Assembly (NCBI RefSeq): GCF_001194135.2
Contig: NC_068991.1
Span: 3,709,175 to 3,754,581 of the forward strand
Reading direction: 5' to 3'
Length of the DNA: 45,407 nucleotides
From: Octopus bimaculoides
Lineage: Eukaryota
Position 1 is the first letter of the stretch; every line of letters begins with the position of its first letter. The notes below the pieces were generated by a model. It was given only the letters and a program-made list of their open reading frames with translations, had not been told where the DNA came from and made no database searches. Made by a program: the position numbers and the translations under genes. Positions 13,001-24,525 of the stretch are shown one piece after another.

Positions 13001-14519
13001 CATAGATGCCCGGATGATATTCGTGTTGTCCTCACTGCATGCCACGTCCCACTTTATCTTATCATGTAAGCCATATTCTCGACTGGCAGCGTAGCCCCCA
13101 TNNNNNNNNNNNNNNNNNNNNNNNNNNNNNNNNNNNNNNNNNNNNNNNNNNNNNNNNNNNNNNNNNNNNNNNNNNNNNNNNNNNNNNNNNNNNNNNNNNN
13201 NNNNNNNNNNNNNNNNNNNNNNNNNNNNNNNNNNNNNNNNNNNNNNNNNNNNNNNNNNNNNNNNNNNNNNNNNNNNNNNNNNNNNNNNNNNNNNNNNNNN
13301 NNNNNNNNNNNNNNNNNNNNNNNNNNNNNNNNNNNNNNNNNNNNNNNNNNNNNNNNNNNNNNNNNNNNNNNNNNNNNNNNNNNNNNNNNNNNNNNNNNNN
13401 NNNNNNNNNNNNNNNNNNNNNNNNNNNNNNNNNNNNNNNNNNNNNNNNNNNNNNNNNNNNNNNNNNNNNNNNNNNNNNNNNNNNNNNNNNNNNNNNNNNN
13501 NNNNNNNNNNNNNNNNNNNNNNNNNNNNNNNNNNNNNNNNNNNNNNNNNNNNNNNNNNNNNNNNNNNNNNNNNNNNNNNNNNNNNNNNNNNNNNNNNNNN
13601 NNNNNNNNNNNNNNNNNNNNNNNNNNNNNNNNNNNNNNNNNNNNNNNNNNNNNNNNNNNNNNNNNNNNNNNNNNNNNNNNNNNNNNNNNNNNNNNNNNNN
13701 NNNNNNNNNNNNNNNNNNNNNNNNNNNNNNNNNNNNNNNNNNNNNNNNNNNNNNNNNNNNNNNNNNNNNNNNNNNNNNNNNNNNNNNNNNNNNNNNNNNN
13801 NNNNNNNNNNNNNNNNNNNNNNNNNNNNNNNNNNNNNNNNNNNNNNNNNNNNNNNNNNNNNNNNNNNNNNNNNNNNNNNNNNNNNNNNNNNNCCAAGCTT
13901 CTGTTCTCTGTTCCAAATCCTCTGACAATGTTTTGATCGAGGCTATAGTAGAAGACACTTGCCCAAGGTGCCATGCATACAGTAAAACTCAAACCAGAAC
14001 CATGTGGTTGGGAAGCAAGCTTCTTACCACACAGCCACGTCTCAGCTCGTCGGTGCGTGTAAATAGTCCCTGTAACTTAACGGTTCGGCAAAAAACATAC
14101 CGTTAGAATGAGTAACTAGAGTTTTAAAACAAGTATTAGGGTCGATTTGTTCGACTAAAAGCTTCAGGACAGTGCTCTAGCATGGCCACAATCCACCACC
14201 TGAATCAAATAAAAGCTCGCAGTTTACTGTCAAGGGAGGTGACTCTTAAATAAAAAATCGTCTTCCTACTTGCTACCGGTTCAAGAAGTCAAGGGAAATA
14301 ACTTGTAAATGCCAAGGGAGATAATTCCTACCATCTCTTTAATTGAATGCCATTTGGATATTACAGCAGTTGTTTTCTGAGCCAGTCTCTACGTGGTTAC
14401 TTCAGACAATATACACAACAGGGAACTGTGCCTCCTCAAAGCATGCCTTTCACATCACCTAGAAATACCATGCCTGAAGAAATATCATTTGTTTGTTTCT
14501 TTATTTATTTATTCATCCA

Positions 14520-14830
14520 GGTATGATAGTCTTTTATTCTTTTACTTGTTTCAGTCTTTTGACTGCGGCCATGCTGAAGCACCGCTTTTAGTCGAACAAA
14601 TCGACCCCAGGACTTATTCTCTGTAAGCCTAGAACTTATTTTATCGGTCTCTTTTGCCAAAGGTTATGGGGACATAAACTCACCAGCATCGGTTGTCAAG
14701 CGAAGGTGTGGGAGCAAACACCGACAAACATATATGTATATATGCGACGGGCTTCTTTCAGTTTCCATCTACCAAATCTATTCACAAGGCTTTGGTCGAC
14801 CCGAGGCTATAGTAGAAGACAGTTGCCCAA
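14520..14830 (-). mobile_element. SINE family B full reverse copy
   Basis: Reverse 3' domain 14520-14710 and reverse head 14745-14830. Confidence 0.85.
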
Positions 14831-15539
14831 GTGGTATTTCTAGGTGATGTGATGGCCTATCTGCCTCCCTGATATCCAACTACGTATGTTACAAATATTT
14901 CAGAATTGATGAGAATGTTGCATTCATTGGTGCTGCGAGTAAAGCCAGAATGAGGAAGGTGTACCGGAACAATCTTCGATAAGTAAGGAGATTAGAGCTG
15001 TTTGCATTTGTAGAAACCTATCTTATAATCTCGACAGTACTGAAAAAGAAATGAGTGCCTTACATGAGATGTAATCCGTACACAAAATATATCCAGAACT
15101 TCTGAACAGACACGCTGACCGTACCGCCGGATCATGTAGCCCAAGAGTATAGCTAAACCGACCGATTTCAGAAACAGAGAGGAGGGACGTTCAATGCTTT
15201 GTCCCGTTTGGTTATGGAGAGTAGTTTCCCTTGGATTCGTTATAGATTTGCTCCAAGAACGATAAATATTTATTTACCACTCAAATGCATGAAATAATCT
15301 TTTCTACTCTAGGCACAAGGCCCGAAATTTTGGGGAAGGTGGGTTGGCAGTCGATTAGATCGACTCCGAAAGAATGAAAGGTGAAGTCAGAACGTAACGG
15401 CAGACGAAATCCCGCAAGGTATTTCGCCCAGCATGTTAACATAAATTAGTTATAATATTCTTTTCTTTTCTAGGCACAAGGCCATCCTACATCCTACAAT
15501 TACTCTAGCAATTTATACTGTTAGACCATCCTCCCCCAC

Positions 15540-16620
15540 TGCTAATTGGGTCATCTATGTCACAGAAATGATCCATTACCTCTAGAAAGCCTCCAGGGCA
15601 TTTGAGAAAATTTATTTACCATGTGCCTTTAGAACTTATTGTTTCTGTGCATCTTCCACATGCAAGCACTACCTTCTCTGCCAATCTTCCAGTGATTCCA
15701 ATGCACATTTTGTGTGTCCATAGCTTGCAATGAGCACACTATGGAATTTTTACCTACATCCGTCCTGCACACTGAGCACAGTCATTTACCTGATAGGCGT
15801 ACATTCCTCTCCATTTTCTGGATTTCTTGAATTTTGGTCTTTGCTAACTTTAAAGCGTTTTGATTCCAGGTTTTGCTTCCACACCTGGAATTAATTTGAT
15901 AATTCTACTACAGTTTCTGCTATGGTCATCACCATATAACATATCCCAAAAACAACTGGTCTTAAATATCAAGATGAATAAGGGAGGACTAAAAACTGGG
16001 GCCTGGTGAACTCTTAGCTCTACTCTAAATTCATTGCTATACAGGACAATGAGTGGCAAATATAATGGTTTACTTTTAGTTAAATACTTCTCCTGCAGCT
16101 GATTTACTAAGAAGATGGCGTCAATAGTACTTCTCCCTCGCATCAACAGCATCTCATCCAACCTAATTAACTGGACTATAGCTCGTTCTGTAACTTCCAT
16201 GACCTGGTTCAGCAATTTGATACAACTATAATTACTCCTATCTAATTACCTCTGTAATTATTTCTGTCTTCTTTTAACCTTGAAACAGTTTGATATAATG
16301 CTGCTACCACAGTCATCGGGTATGACACCTTCCTGTATAAACTGATTAACTATAAATATATCCAAGCTGTATCGCACTCCACCAGATATATTAAGCATCT
16401 CAGCAGTAAGTCCTGATGAAGCATGAGCTTTCCCTCTCTTCATATCCTTAATTGCCTCATCTGTCATATTGCTGTCAACTGGAAATGCTGCCCCTCCTCT
16501 CTCTCTCTCTCTCGGTTGGATCCACAATAGGAAGACCCTCTTTCTCCCAGATATTCTCCATGTTTAACTCTTCAGCACTTTTCTTTGTCAAATCTAATCC
16601 TTATTTATTCACATTGTTTT
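15540..16620 (-). mobile_element. Degraded RTE-clade LINE ORF2 fragment (RT region)
   Basis: ORFs 16258..16527 and 15850..16215 give GRSTIDAIFLVNQLQEKYL, RVHQAPVFSPPLF and LYGDD; Cys-rich CSVCRTDVGKNSI remnant near 15750; frameshifted. Confidence 0.9.
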
Positions 16621-16704
16621 GAATTTATCATGCATTATCTCACAACTTTGAGATTTAAATGATGTGACTGTTTATTTTTAGAATGGCATGGTAGGTGAAG
16701 GTGG

Positions 16705-16935
16705 AGGCGCCTGGCTGAGTGGTTAGGGTGTCAGCACCATGATCGTAAGATTGTAGTTTCGATCTCTGGACCGGGCGACGAGTTGCGTTCTTGAGCCAAA
16801 CACTTCAGTTCATGTTGCTCCAGTCCACTCAGCTGGCAAAAATGAGTAATGCTGCGATGGACTGGCATCCCATCCAGCTGGTGGGAGCACATACGCCATA
16901 GAAACCGGGCCCATGAGCCTGGCTAGGTTTTAAAA
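16705..16935 (+). mobile_element. tRNA-derived SINE located between RTE fragments
   Basis: A box tggctgagtgg, B-box-like gtttcgatctc; body gcgttcttgagccaaacacttcagtttcatgttgctcc shared with 10335-10500. Confidence 0.85.
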
Positions 16936-17099
16936 GGGCGCATTTATTATTTTTAAAAATTTTTTATTGTAGGTGAAGTGTGAGAGGCCAGACCAGGCCA
17001 GTCTGAACATAAAGCAGGTCAGATATTTGGGCTGGATATGGGCCAGTTTAAATACTAATGAGTCAATAACCTTTCAAAGTAACACTTCTATGTCTCTTT

Positions 17100-17190
17100 C
17101 TTTCAGGCCTCACTAAGTGCAAAGCGACCATTATCCATCGCACACTTCTCACTCACAACATCCACACCATCTTCATTGTCTTGCAATCTG
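17100..17190 (-). mobile_element. RTE LINE fragment, likely the upstream part of the 15540-16620 copy
   Basis: LQDNEDGVDVVSEKCAMDNGRFALSEA resembles the RTE linker preceding NMENIWEKEGLPIVDPT at about 16520-16590. Confidence 0.6.
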
Positions 17191-17472
17191 GAACAGCTCC
17201 CACCTCATATGTATGTATAAGGTGTGGCTGTGTGTTTAAGGAGTTTGCTTTCCAATGACTTGGTTCCTGGTTCAATCCCATTGCACGGCCCATTTTGGGG
17301 AGGTGTCTTCTATTACAACTCTGGACTGACCAAAACGTTGCGAGTGGATTTGATGGACAGAATGATATTTTAGCATCCAGTTTCAAATTTAGAGATTAAA
17401 ACAGGAGTCATTTTTTTACTATTATTATAAATAATATATTTTTTTCTTTTTAAACAATATATTTCACATGAT

Positions 17473-17478
17473 TTTATT
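17473..17478 (-). terminator. Candidate polyadenylation signal AATAAA for the ABHD12-like gene
   Basis: AATAAA on the minus strand about 47 nt after the stop; AT-rich context, so it could be chance. Confidence 0.35.
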
Positions 17479-17524
17479 ACATCAAGTTTACACAAACCAC
17501 CTCTGTTGTTCCTGGCATCAATCA

Positions 17525-17549
17525 TTACGTGGAAGACTCTAGAAACGAT
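17525..17549 (-). CDS. ABHD12: ABHD12-like terminal coding exon (SFLESST-stop)
   Basis: ttttctattttcag| acceptor, phase 2; A TCG TTT CTA GAG TCT TCC ACG TAA; x-FL matches the ABHD12 C-terminus. Confidence 0.8.
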
Positions 17550-17667
17550 CTGAAAATAGAAAAAGAATACAACACTGTTATTATTATGTAAGACTCACCA
17601 CCACCACCACCACCACCACCACCATTACTAGGGCGGCAAGCTAGCAAAATCAAAAGCACTTCTGACA

Positions 17668-18710
17668 AAATTCCAAGTCGAAGTAGGGGTTCACCAAGGA
17701 TCAGTCCTCAGCCCCCTCTTATTCATTATAGTCTTCCAGGCAATAACTGAGGAATTCAAGACAGGCTGCCCCTGGGAGCGCCTCTATGCTGATGAACTTC
17801 CTCTAAAAGCCGAGTCACTGCTAGAACTGGAGACAAAGTTTAGGGTATGGAAGCAAGGTCTAGAATCAAAGGGCCTCAGGATTAACCTAGCCAAAACCAA
17901 AGTCTTAGTAAGTAGGAAGGCTGTCAAATCACAACCCCCTTTAGGTAGATGGCCCTGCTCGATCTGTAGAAAAGGCTTAGGTAGAAACTCTATACAATGT
18001 ATCTGGTGTAAGCTATGGACACATAAAAAGTGTAGCAATATCAAAAGAAGGTTAACTGGGAAAATAGTTTTTGTGTGTGACATGCACAGGAGCAGTAAAC
18101 ACTGAAGATGTACAGAAAACAGATTCCATCACATGAAGACCGGGACCTTTGGAGATATGCTGTGATTGAGAAGACCCGGCAACTAAAGTGAGATCGCAGC
18201 CATGCATGTCCGGCCCTGTTAAGAATACTCCTGATGCGTTGGGCGATATGATATATGCTTGTGAAGACCTGTTGAGTCAAGTAAAACCAATATCGTAGCT
18301 GGGGCTGGTACCCTGTGGCTGGCAGCACATACAAAGCAACATCCAAACGTGGTCAATGCCAGGTCTGCCAGACTGGCCCCCATGCTGGTGGCACGTAAAA
18401 AACACCAACTGAACGTGACATGCCAGTACCTCCAGACTGGCTCCCGTGCCGGTGGCACCTAAAAAGCACCATCCGAAAGTAGTTGATACCAGGTCCGTCT
18501 GACTGGCTCTTGTGTTGGTGGCATGTAAAAAGCACCCACTACACTCTCGGAGTGGTTAGCGTTAGGAAGGGCATCGAGTTGTAGAAACTCTGCCAAATCA
18601 GACTGGATCCTGGTGCAGCCGGTGATTCTCCAGACCTCAGTCAAACCCCCTTCCAACCCATGCCAGCATGGAAAATGGACGTTAATCAATGATGATGATG
18701 ATGATTATCA
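17668..18710 (+). mobile_element. 5'-truncated, internally deleted RTE LINE with 3' UTR and (GAT)n tail, in the last ABHD12 intron
   Basis: FQVEVGVHQGSVLSPLLFIIVFQAITEEFKTGCPWERLYADEL...GLRINLAKTK...WPCSICRKG; C-terminal RDLWRYAVIEKTRQLK; tail catgccagcatggaaaatggacgtt followed by (gat)n. Confidence 0.92.
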
Positions 18711-18891
18711 TTATAGCTTTTGTTCTCATTTGTAAGTTCTAAGTTAAAAAGCCCCCAACATCCAAGTTAAATGTCCCACCTTGTAATCTATTTTCTGACC
18801 TCTCTTATCTCATTTTTTTTTTTATCTGAAACAATGATTATAATAAGCAAAGTGTTAACATGGCAACCAAAGGACAACAATNNNNNNNNNN

Positions 18892-18939
<48 letters not shown>

Positions 18940-19249
18940 ATATTCACACATACATATCTGTATGAGTATATATACACATGCATAAGCACACACATATACA
19001 TATACACTTGTAAGTCCAAAACGTTGCTTTAGGGACTGTCACATTAAGTTGACAACATACCATCACTTTACCGTGCTGCTACTGCATAAATCTCTCTGAG
19101 AGATTTAGAAATATATTATTTCTATTTCCAAACTGTGTGTGGTCGAGAAGCAAACGTCCGACCACACAGCCACACCAACGTCGAAACAAACTGCAGTAAA
19201 AAGATATTCAACTTATAATTAGCACAAGAGATTAAATCGTGTTGCTTAC

Positions 19250-19377
19250 TTGACGACAGAGGCAAAATTAGGGGCACTGTGCAGATGTTTGTGTCCATAA
19301 CCAAAGGATTTGTCGAATGGCACTAACAGCAATTGTCCACTGTTTTGGGGCCGCGATTCCAAACCTGCGTTATAAAG
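19250..19377 (-). CDS. ABHD12: ABHD12-like exon with catalytic His (LYNAGLESRPQNSGQLLLVPFDKSFGYGHKHLHSAPNFASVV-K)
   Basis: ttgcag| ... AA|gtaagc; 128 nt; VPF...GY-x-HK motif. Confidence 0.95.
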
Positions 19378-19434
19378 CTGCAAGGGAAATACGAGAAAAA
19401 GGATTATACATATATGCATATTATCTATCTGTAT

Positions 19435-19611
19435 CAGCGGTTCCCAACCTGGGGGTCTGCGGACCCCTAGTGGTCTGAAAAATTTCCTATATATATATAT
19501 ATATATATATATGGGGTAAACATATTAAAAGGGGCCCGTGGGCAAACTCACTTAAATAAAAGGGTTAAAAATCACTGTTGGGAACCACCGTGAAAAGGTT
19601 GAAAACCACTG
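19435..19611. mobile_element. hAT-type MITE with internal (TA)n
   Basis: TIRs cagcggttcccaacct / aggttgaaaaccactg; flanks atctgtat and atctgtga match 6 of 8, consistent with a decayed 8-bp TSD. Confidence 0.8.
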
Positions 19612-19614
19612 ATC

Positions 19615-19686
<72 letters not shown>

Positions 19687-20095
19687 CACATATTCTTTTA
19701 TTCTTTTACTTGTTTCAGTCATTTGACAGCGGCCATACTGGAGCACTGCCTTAAAGGGTTTTAGTCAAAAGAAATCGACCTCAGCAATTATTCTTTGTAA
19801 GCCTAGAACTTATTCTATCAATCTGTTTCTGCCGAACTGTTGAGTTATGGGGACATAAACATACCAGCATTGGTTGTCAGGTGATGGTGGGGTGACAAAC
19901 ACAGAAATATATGGAGTGTAATGTGAACTAGGTGGACTTGTACCTATTTGAAGAAGACAAGAGTCAAGGCTGGAAAATTTTTTAATCATAGGTCTGTTGT
20001 ATGTATATGGGTGAGCTGGGGGGTGGGGAATAACAACAAATACTCAAAGAATGGAACAAAAAAATTATATGAAAAGGTTAAAAAGTATAACATAC

Positions 20096-20174
20096 CTTTC
20101 TGGCAAGTTTTATGGGTATAAGTCCATCATCTTCGGCATGGAGGATTAATATAGGACTTGTTACATCTTTGATA
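20096..20174 (-). CDS. ABHD12: ABHD12-like exon with catalytic Asp (IKDVTSPILILHAEDDGLIPIKLARK)
   Basis: ctacag| ... AAG|gtatgt; 79 nt; P-x-LILHAEDD motif. Confidence 0.97.
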
Positions 20175-20324
20175 CTGTAGAATAAATCAAATAAATAATA
20201 TATACATACATACATACATTATATATATATATATAGGGAGAATTCACAAAAAAACAAAAGATGAAGACAGGTGGTGTAGACAACAAACAGATGTATTAGT
20301 TTGATGCTCGGAAAGTGAAAAAGT

Positions 20325-20360
20325 CTTTAATGTTTTGAGCCTACGCTCTTCCTCAGAAAG
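20325..20360 (-). ncRNA. Degenerate hammerhead motif, third copy
   Basis: Reverse complement cttt-CTGAGGA-agagcgtaggctc-AAAAC-att-aaag; GAAA mutated, probably inactive. Confidence 0.35.
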
Positions 20361-20549
20361 GAACACAGAAAGAAACAAGGAAAGAAAATTAAGAATGTGT
20401 AGTGGCTAGCGAAATAATACACACACACAGAGGAGAAAATATAAACACATTTACATACATACACACACACATACAGAAATTGATATATAGAAAGAGAAAG
20501 AATCTGGTGGTTAGGTAGATAGATAGATAGATAGATAGATAAGATAGAT

Positions 20550-20593
<44 letters not shown>

Positions 20594-20811
20594 TAAATAG
20601 AGTCAAATTTTTGCAACATAGCTATATGTCAGCAGAGCATGCAATTGTTGTGAAAGCATATTTTGTGGAAACACAGTAGCCAAGACATAAGACTGGGAAT
20701 GAATTTAATCATACAGAGAGAGAGAGAGGGGGGAGGGGGAGAGAGAGAGTGAGAGAGAGAGAGAGAGAGAAATCCCAAAATTGAAGAATTATTATTTTGA
20801 AAAGTGTTTAC

Positions 20812-20894
20812 TTTTGGTCACTAGCAAATTCTGTTCCACATCTTTCGACAGAGTTGAGAATCATGTAACTCAGTGGCCGGAATGGTCTGTATAA
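20812..20894 (-). CDS. ABHD12: ABHD12-like exon (LYRPFRPLSYMILNSVERCGTEFASDQ-N)
   Basis: long pyrimidine tract plus ctacag| ... AA|gtaaac; 83 nt; in frame. Confidence 0.92.
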
Positions 20895-21044
20895 CTGTAG
20901 AAAAGAAAAAGAAAGAGAGAAAGATGAGTGAATGAGTGAGAAGAAGAAAATATGAATGACTAAGAAAGAGAAATAGAGTAAAAGTGTAGTCATGTAGATC
21001 ATTGCTTGCTATAATAAAACAGTAACAAAAACTGTAATACTCAC

Positions 21045-21124
21045 AAAGAATGGTGGCAAGTTTGCTGAAGCTTCCAGGATGTTATTAAACGGTGACTCCA
21101 AGACAAGAGCAGTGGGTGGCACAC
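21045..21124 (-). CDS. ABHD12: ABHD12-like exon (VPPTALVLESPFNNILEASANLPPFF)
   Basis: ttccag| ... |gtgagt; 80 nt; PP-x-AL-x-LESPF motif. Confidence 0.96.
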
Positions 21125-21365
21125 CTGGAATACACAAGGGTACAGTGCATCAGTTTTTAACTCTATGTATGTATGTATGTATGTATGTGTGTGAAAAAAT
21201 GCTAAACCGTTGTATTACACTTTGACAGTTTTCATATCTTGGCATCTGAAGCAGCTGGAGATACGATAGTTTGACCAAATTAAATATTGAAATAAAAACA
21301 CATTTGGCCAAATTTGGACATATGACAGTTTAACATAATAGCATCAATATATATTTTTATATTTA

Positions 21366-21412
<47 letters not shown>

Positions 21413-21452
21413 GACAGAGAAAGTGAAAGAGAGAGAGAAATAGGTTACTCAC

Positions 21453-21490
21453 CACCATCACACAAGGTCTTCGCTAATCTTGTAGCAATT
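21453..21490 (-). CDS. ABHD12: ABHD12-like small exon (IATRLAKTLCDG-G)
   Basis: ttcag| ... G|gtgagt; 38 nt; phases 2 to 1 link the flanking exons. Confidence 0.92.
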
Positions 21491-21523
<33 letters not shown>

Positions 21524-21839
21524 CATAATAATAATTGTGGCTGAACATAAAAAACAACAGGTAAGTATAACATTTGAGAGAGTAATCTGAATGCTGAGGG
21601 GTTAATAGTGGGAAACACTTGCTCAAGGTGCCACAGAGTGGGACTGAACTCAAGGTCACATAGTTGAGAAGCAAGCTTCTTAACCCCACAGCCAGACCTG
21701 TGACTATAATAATAATAATGATAATGATAATTTCTAATGTGGTATAAACACTGAAATTTCTTTTGAGGGAGTCATGACATAATTTTGTTGACCTCCAGAA
21801 GGATGAATAATAAAACCCAAATTTTAGATTTGTTCCCAC

Positions 21840-22100
21840 TGAACGTGGTCGATGCCAGTTTCCCCTGACTGGCTCCCGTGCCGGTGGCACATAAAAAGCA
21901 TTATCCAAACGTAACTGATGCCAGGGCCCCCTGACTGGTTTCTGTGCTGATGGCACATAAAAAGCACCCACTACACTCTTGGAGTGGTCGGCATTAGGAA
22001 GGGCATCCAGCTGTAGAAACACTGCCAGATCAGATTGGAGCCTGGTGCAGCCACTGACTTTCCAGACCTCGGTCAAACGGTCAAACCCATGCCAGCATGT
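21840..22100 (+). mobile_element. RTE 3'-UTR-derived repeat
   Basis: Shares aaaagcacccactacactc..ggagtgg..ttaggaagggcatc and catgccagcatg with 18450-18670. Confidence 0.8.
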
Positions 22101-22621
22101 ATGTATATATTTGTGTGCTTACCCCTCCACCATCGCTTGACAACCAATCTTGGTGTGTTTATGTCATCGTAACTTAGCGGGTCGGTAAAAGAGATTGATA
22201 GAATAAGTACAAAGACTTACAAAGAATAAGTCCAGGGGTCAATTTCTTCGACTAAAAGGCGGTGCTCCAGCATGGCCACAGTCAAAATGACTGAAACAAG
22301 GAAAAGTGTAAAAATAAAAGTATATATAACTGTGTGTTTATATGCACACACGACAGGCTTCTCTCAGTTTCCATTTATCAAATCCACGGACAAGGTTTTG
22401 GTTGGCCTGACGTTATGGTGGAGGACACTTGCCCAAGGTGCCACACAGTGCGACTGAACCTGGAACCAAACTTCTTATCACACAGCCACACCCATTCCTT
22501 GCAGTGAAATTGGAAGACAATAATGGTAACTGTCAGGGTTAAAACATAACGGAGTAAATAAAAATATATAAAAAAAACAAGCAAAAGTATATCAAAAGCA
22601 ATTGAAAAAAAAGCCACGTAC

Positions 22622-22754
22622 CCAGTTCCTAAAGAATGTCCCCATAAGATAACGGGTGTGTCTGAGGGTACTCTTGATCTGATCCAGTTGTATACAAAAA
22701 GACTGTCTTCTACAACACCATCTTCGAAGGGGATACCAGTAGATTCACCAAATC
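22622..22754 (-). CDS. ABHD12: ABHD12-like exon with catalytic Ser (FGESTGIPFEDGVVEDSLFVYNWIRSRVPSDTPVILWGHSLGT-G)
   Basis: tacag| ... GG|gtacgt; 133 nt; WGHSLGTG nucleophile elbow; also visible inside ORF 22378..22905. Confidence 0.97.
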
Positions 22755-23044
22755 CTGTATCCATAGCAACAGCAACAACAACAACATTGACATGCATGTG
22801 ACAACACACAGCCAGGGAACGTATACATGAAAGCAAAATGAAAATAAATAAATAAGTAAATAATAAATAAATAAACAGATATAAAAATATGACATACATG
22901 CTCATACCTTGGTACTATGGCCTTCCCTTTAATGGATTTCGGAAGCAGCAGACAAAATCTGGAGCAGTCGACTCAATTTGAAAGTCCCACCCGTTATAGG
23001 CAGTCACTTTGTTTACATCAGTTTAACAACACATGTAGCTCATT

Positions 23045-23158
23045 GCTCCATGGTTTTTACCCTTTATTATGTGTTGTGTTTGAATTATCAGACTGTATTT
23101 ATTCTTCTGTCTTTTGTTATGGAATTGCTGATCTTAGCCACTCCTAACATAACCTGAG
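23045..23158 (+). repeat. About 110-bp interspersed repeat, second copy at 24625-24735
   Basis: ttttacccttt..atgtgttgtgtttgaatta..ag.ctgtatt...attgctgatcttagccactc.taac.taacctga in both. Confidence 0.8.
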
Positions 23159-23315
23159 AACTAGAATACCAATGAAGGACAACTTAGAACCACCGCAGTC
23201 AACAAGCACATCAAAAATATATACCCATCATCAGCCACCTAACAGATATCATTATGGTTTTGACACCTAGGCAGTACCATTCAATGCAATGGTGGCATCA
23301 GCATTAAAACATGAT

Positions 23316-23346
<31 letters not shown>

Positions 23347-23711
23347 CAGAGACACATTTATATCCATGTATATAAGCATAGGCATGTCTGTATGCAGCCA
23401 ATAAATCCGTTCATAAAAAATTATTCAATCGCATTACAATAATGATTTACAATAATGATGTATTAAAATATAGCAGATTCAAAGAAAAAGAAACCATACA
23501 ATACTTATAAGATCACAAGACACAGATCAGCCAAAATAAGAAAAGAAAGCTGATTTGGTTCAACACTCCATTTATGTAAACAGAGACATGCACACACTGT
23601 GTGCATGCATACAAAGGCACACATTTACATACAAGCATGCCAACACACTGAAAATATATATGTGTGCGTGCAAATTGCAAGACAAGGAACAACACCAAAG
23701 ACTGAACTTAC

Positions 23712-23788
23712 CGCGATAATCAAAAGTTATTATATGATAATTCATCTGTGATAAACGATGATACAGATTGACGCGGTGATCACAGGCC
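23712..23788 (-). CDS. ABHD12: ABHD12-like exon (ACDHRVNLYHRLSQMNYHIITFDYR-G)
   Basis: ttgcag| ... G|gtaag; 77 nt; HRV-x-LY and FDYRG motifs. Confidence 0.96.
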
Positions 23789-23829
23789 CTGCAAGAAAAA
23801 GCAGATTCATGAAACACAGATGATTTCAT

Positions 23830-24135
23830 AGGTTGTGCCATGTTAAAGGCATCCAATCTACACTGTAATGTGGTTGGCATTTGGAAGGGCATCCAGCTGG
23901 AAAAAAGGTTGTACCAGACTCCAGTCTCATTTGGCAAGGTTCTCTACAGGTGGATGCCCTTCCTAACGCCGACCACTCCAAGAATGTAATGGGTACTTTT
24001 ATGTGGCACCAGTATAAGTGCCATTTGCATGACACTGGTATCTTCCATGACTGTGATTTTGCTTGGCTTGATGGGTCTTTTTCTCAAGCATGACATAATG
24101 CCAAAGCTCTCAGGCAATGCTTCTGAGAGGCCCAA
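23830..24135 (-). mobile_element. RTE 3'-UTR-derived repeat, mostly reverse orientation, with a short forward piece at about 23830-23900
   Basis: ggatgcccttcctaacgccgaccactccaagaatgtaatgggtactttt is the reverse complement of the core at about 21960-22008. Confidence 0.75.
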
Positions 24136-24138
24136 AAC

Positions 24139-24292
24139 TTGAAAGGAACTCAGCTACTTTGCCTCTGTGAGGCCCAAAGCTCAAAAAGAACTCGCTTCCA
24201 TGAGGCCCAACACTCGAAAAGAACTCACCTCTGTGAGGCCCAACACTCAAAGGAACTCAGCCACTTTGCCTCTGCAGTTGTATATAATTATG
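24139..24292 (+). repeat. About 33-bp minisatellite (3-4 units)
   Basis: Recurrent tgaggcccaa(c/a)(a/g)ctc(a/g)aaa(a/g)gaactc. Confidence 0.85.
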
Positions 24293-24402
24293 CATTTGTG
24301 TACAGATGTCGGATGCATATATGCAGATCAAAATATACACTTATATACATTTCAATTCATTCATATTTATGTGAGGTAGAAATATAAAAAGACAATTCTT
24401 AC

Positions 24403-24525
24403 CTGGAACCGGAGTTTCCATGCATATACATCACAATTGGTGTTTCAGAATATTGGAGGCTTTTCTCATAGTCATTGTCGCTAAAATCTTTGGCTTTGCT
24501 CTTTAAATTATCAGGAAGTATATGC
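24403..24525 (-). CDS. ABHD12: ABHD12-like exon (HILPDNLKSKAKDFSDNDYEKSLQYSETPIVMYMHGNSGS-R)
   Basis: cccag| ... AG|gtaag; 123 nt; Y-x-HGN-x-G-x-R oxyanion-region motif. Confidence 0.95.

Noticed and set aside
4998-14106. ORFs of 150-420 aa containing X runs
   Set aside because: Open only because they cross assembly gaps and (CA)n/(TA)n repeats.
14850-15290. Unique-looking stretch with FIGAASKARMRKVY...VRRLELF, faintly LINE-like
   Set aside because: Similarity too weak and stops of all three kinds; not the TAG-only pattern.
22378-22905. 175-aa ORF as a stand-alone gene
   Set aside because: Only 22622-22754 is an exon; the rest is intron and SINE sequence.
24139-24292. CRISPR-like array
   Set aside because: Eukaryotic context and no unique spacers; an ordinary degenerate minisatellite.
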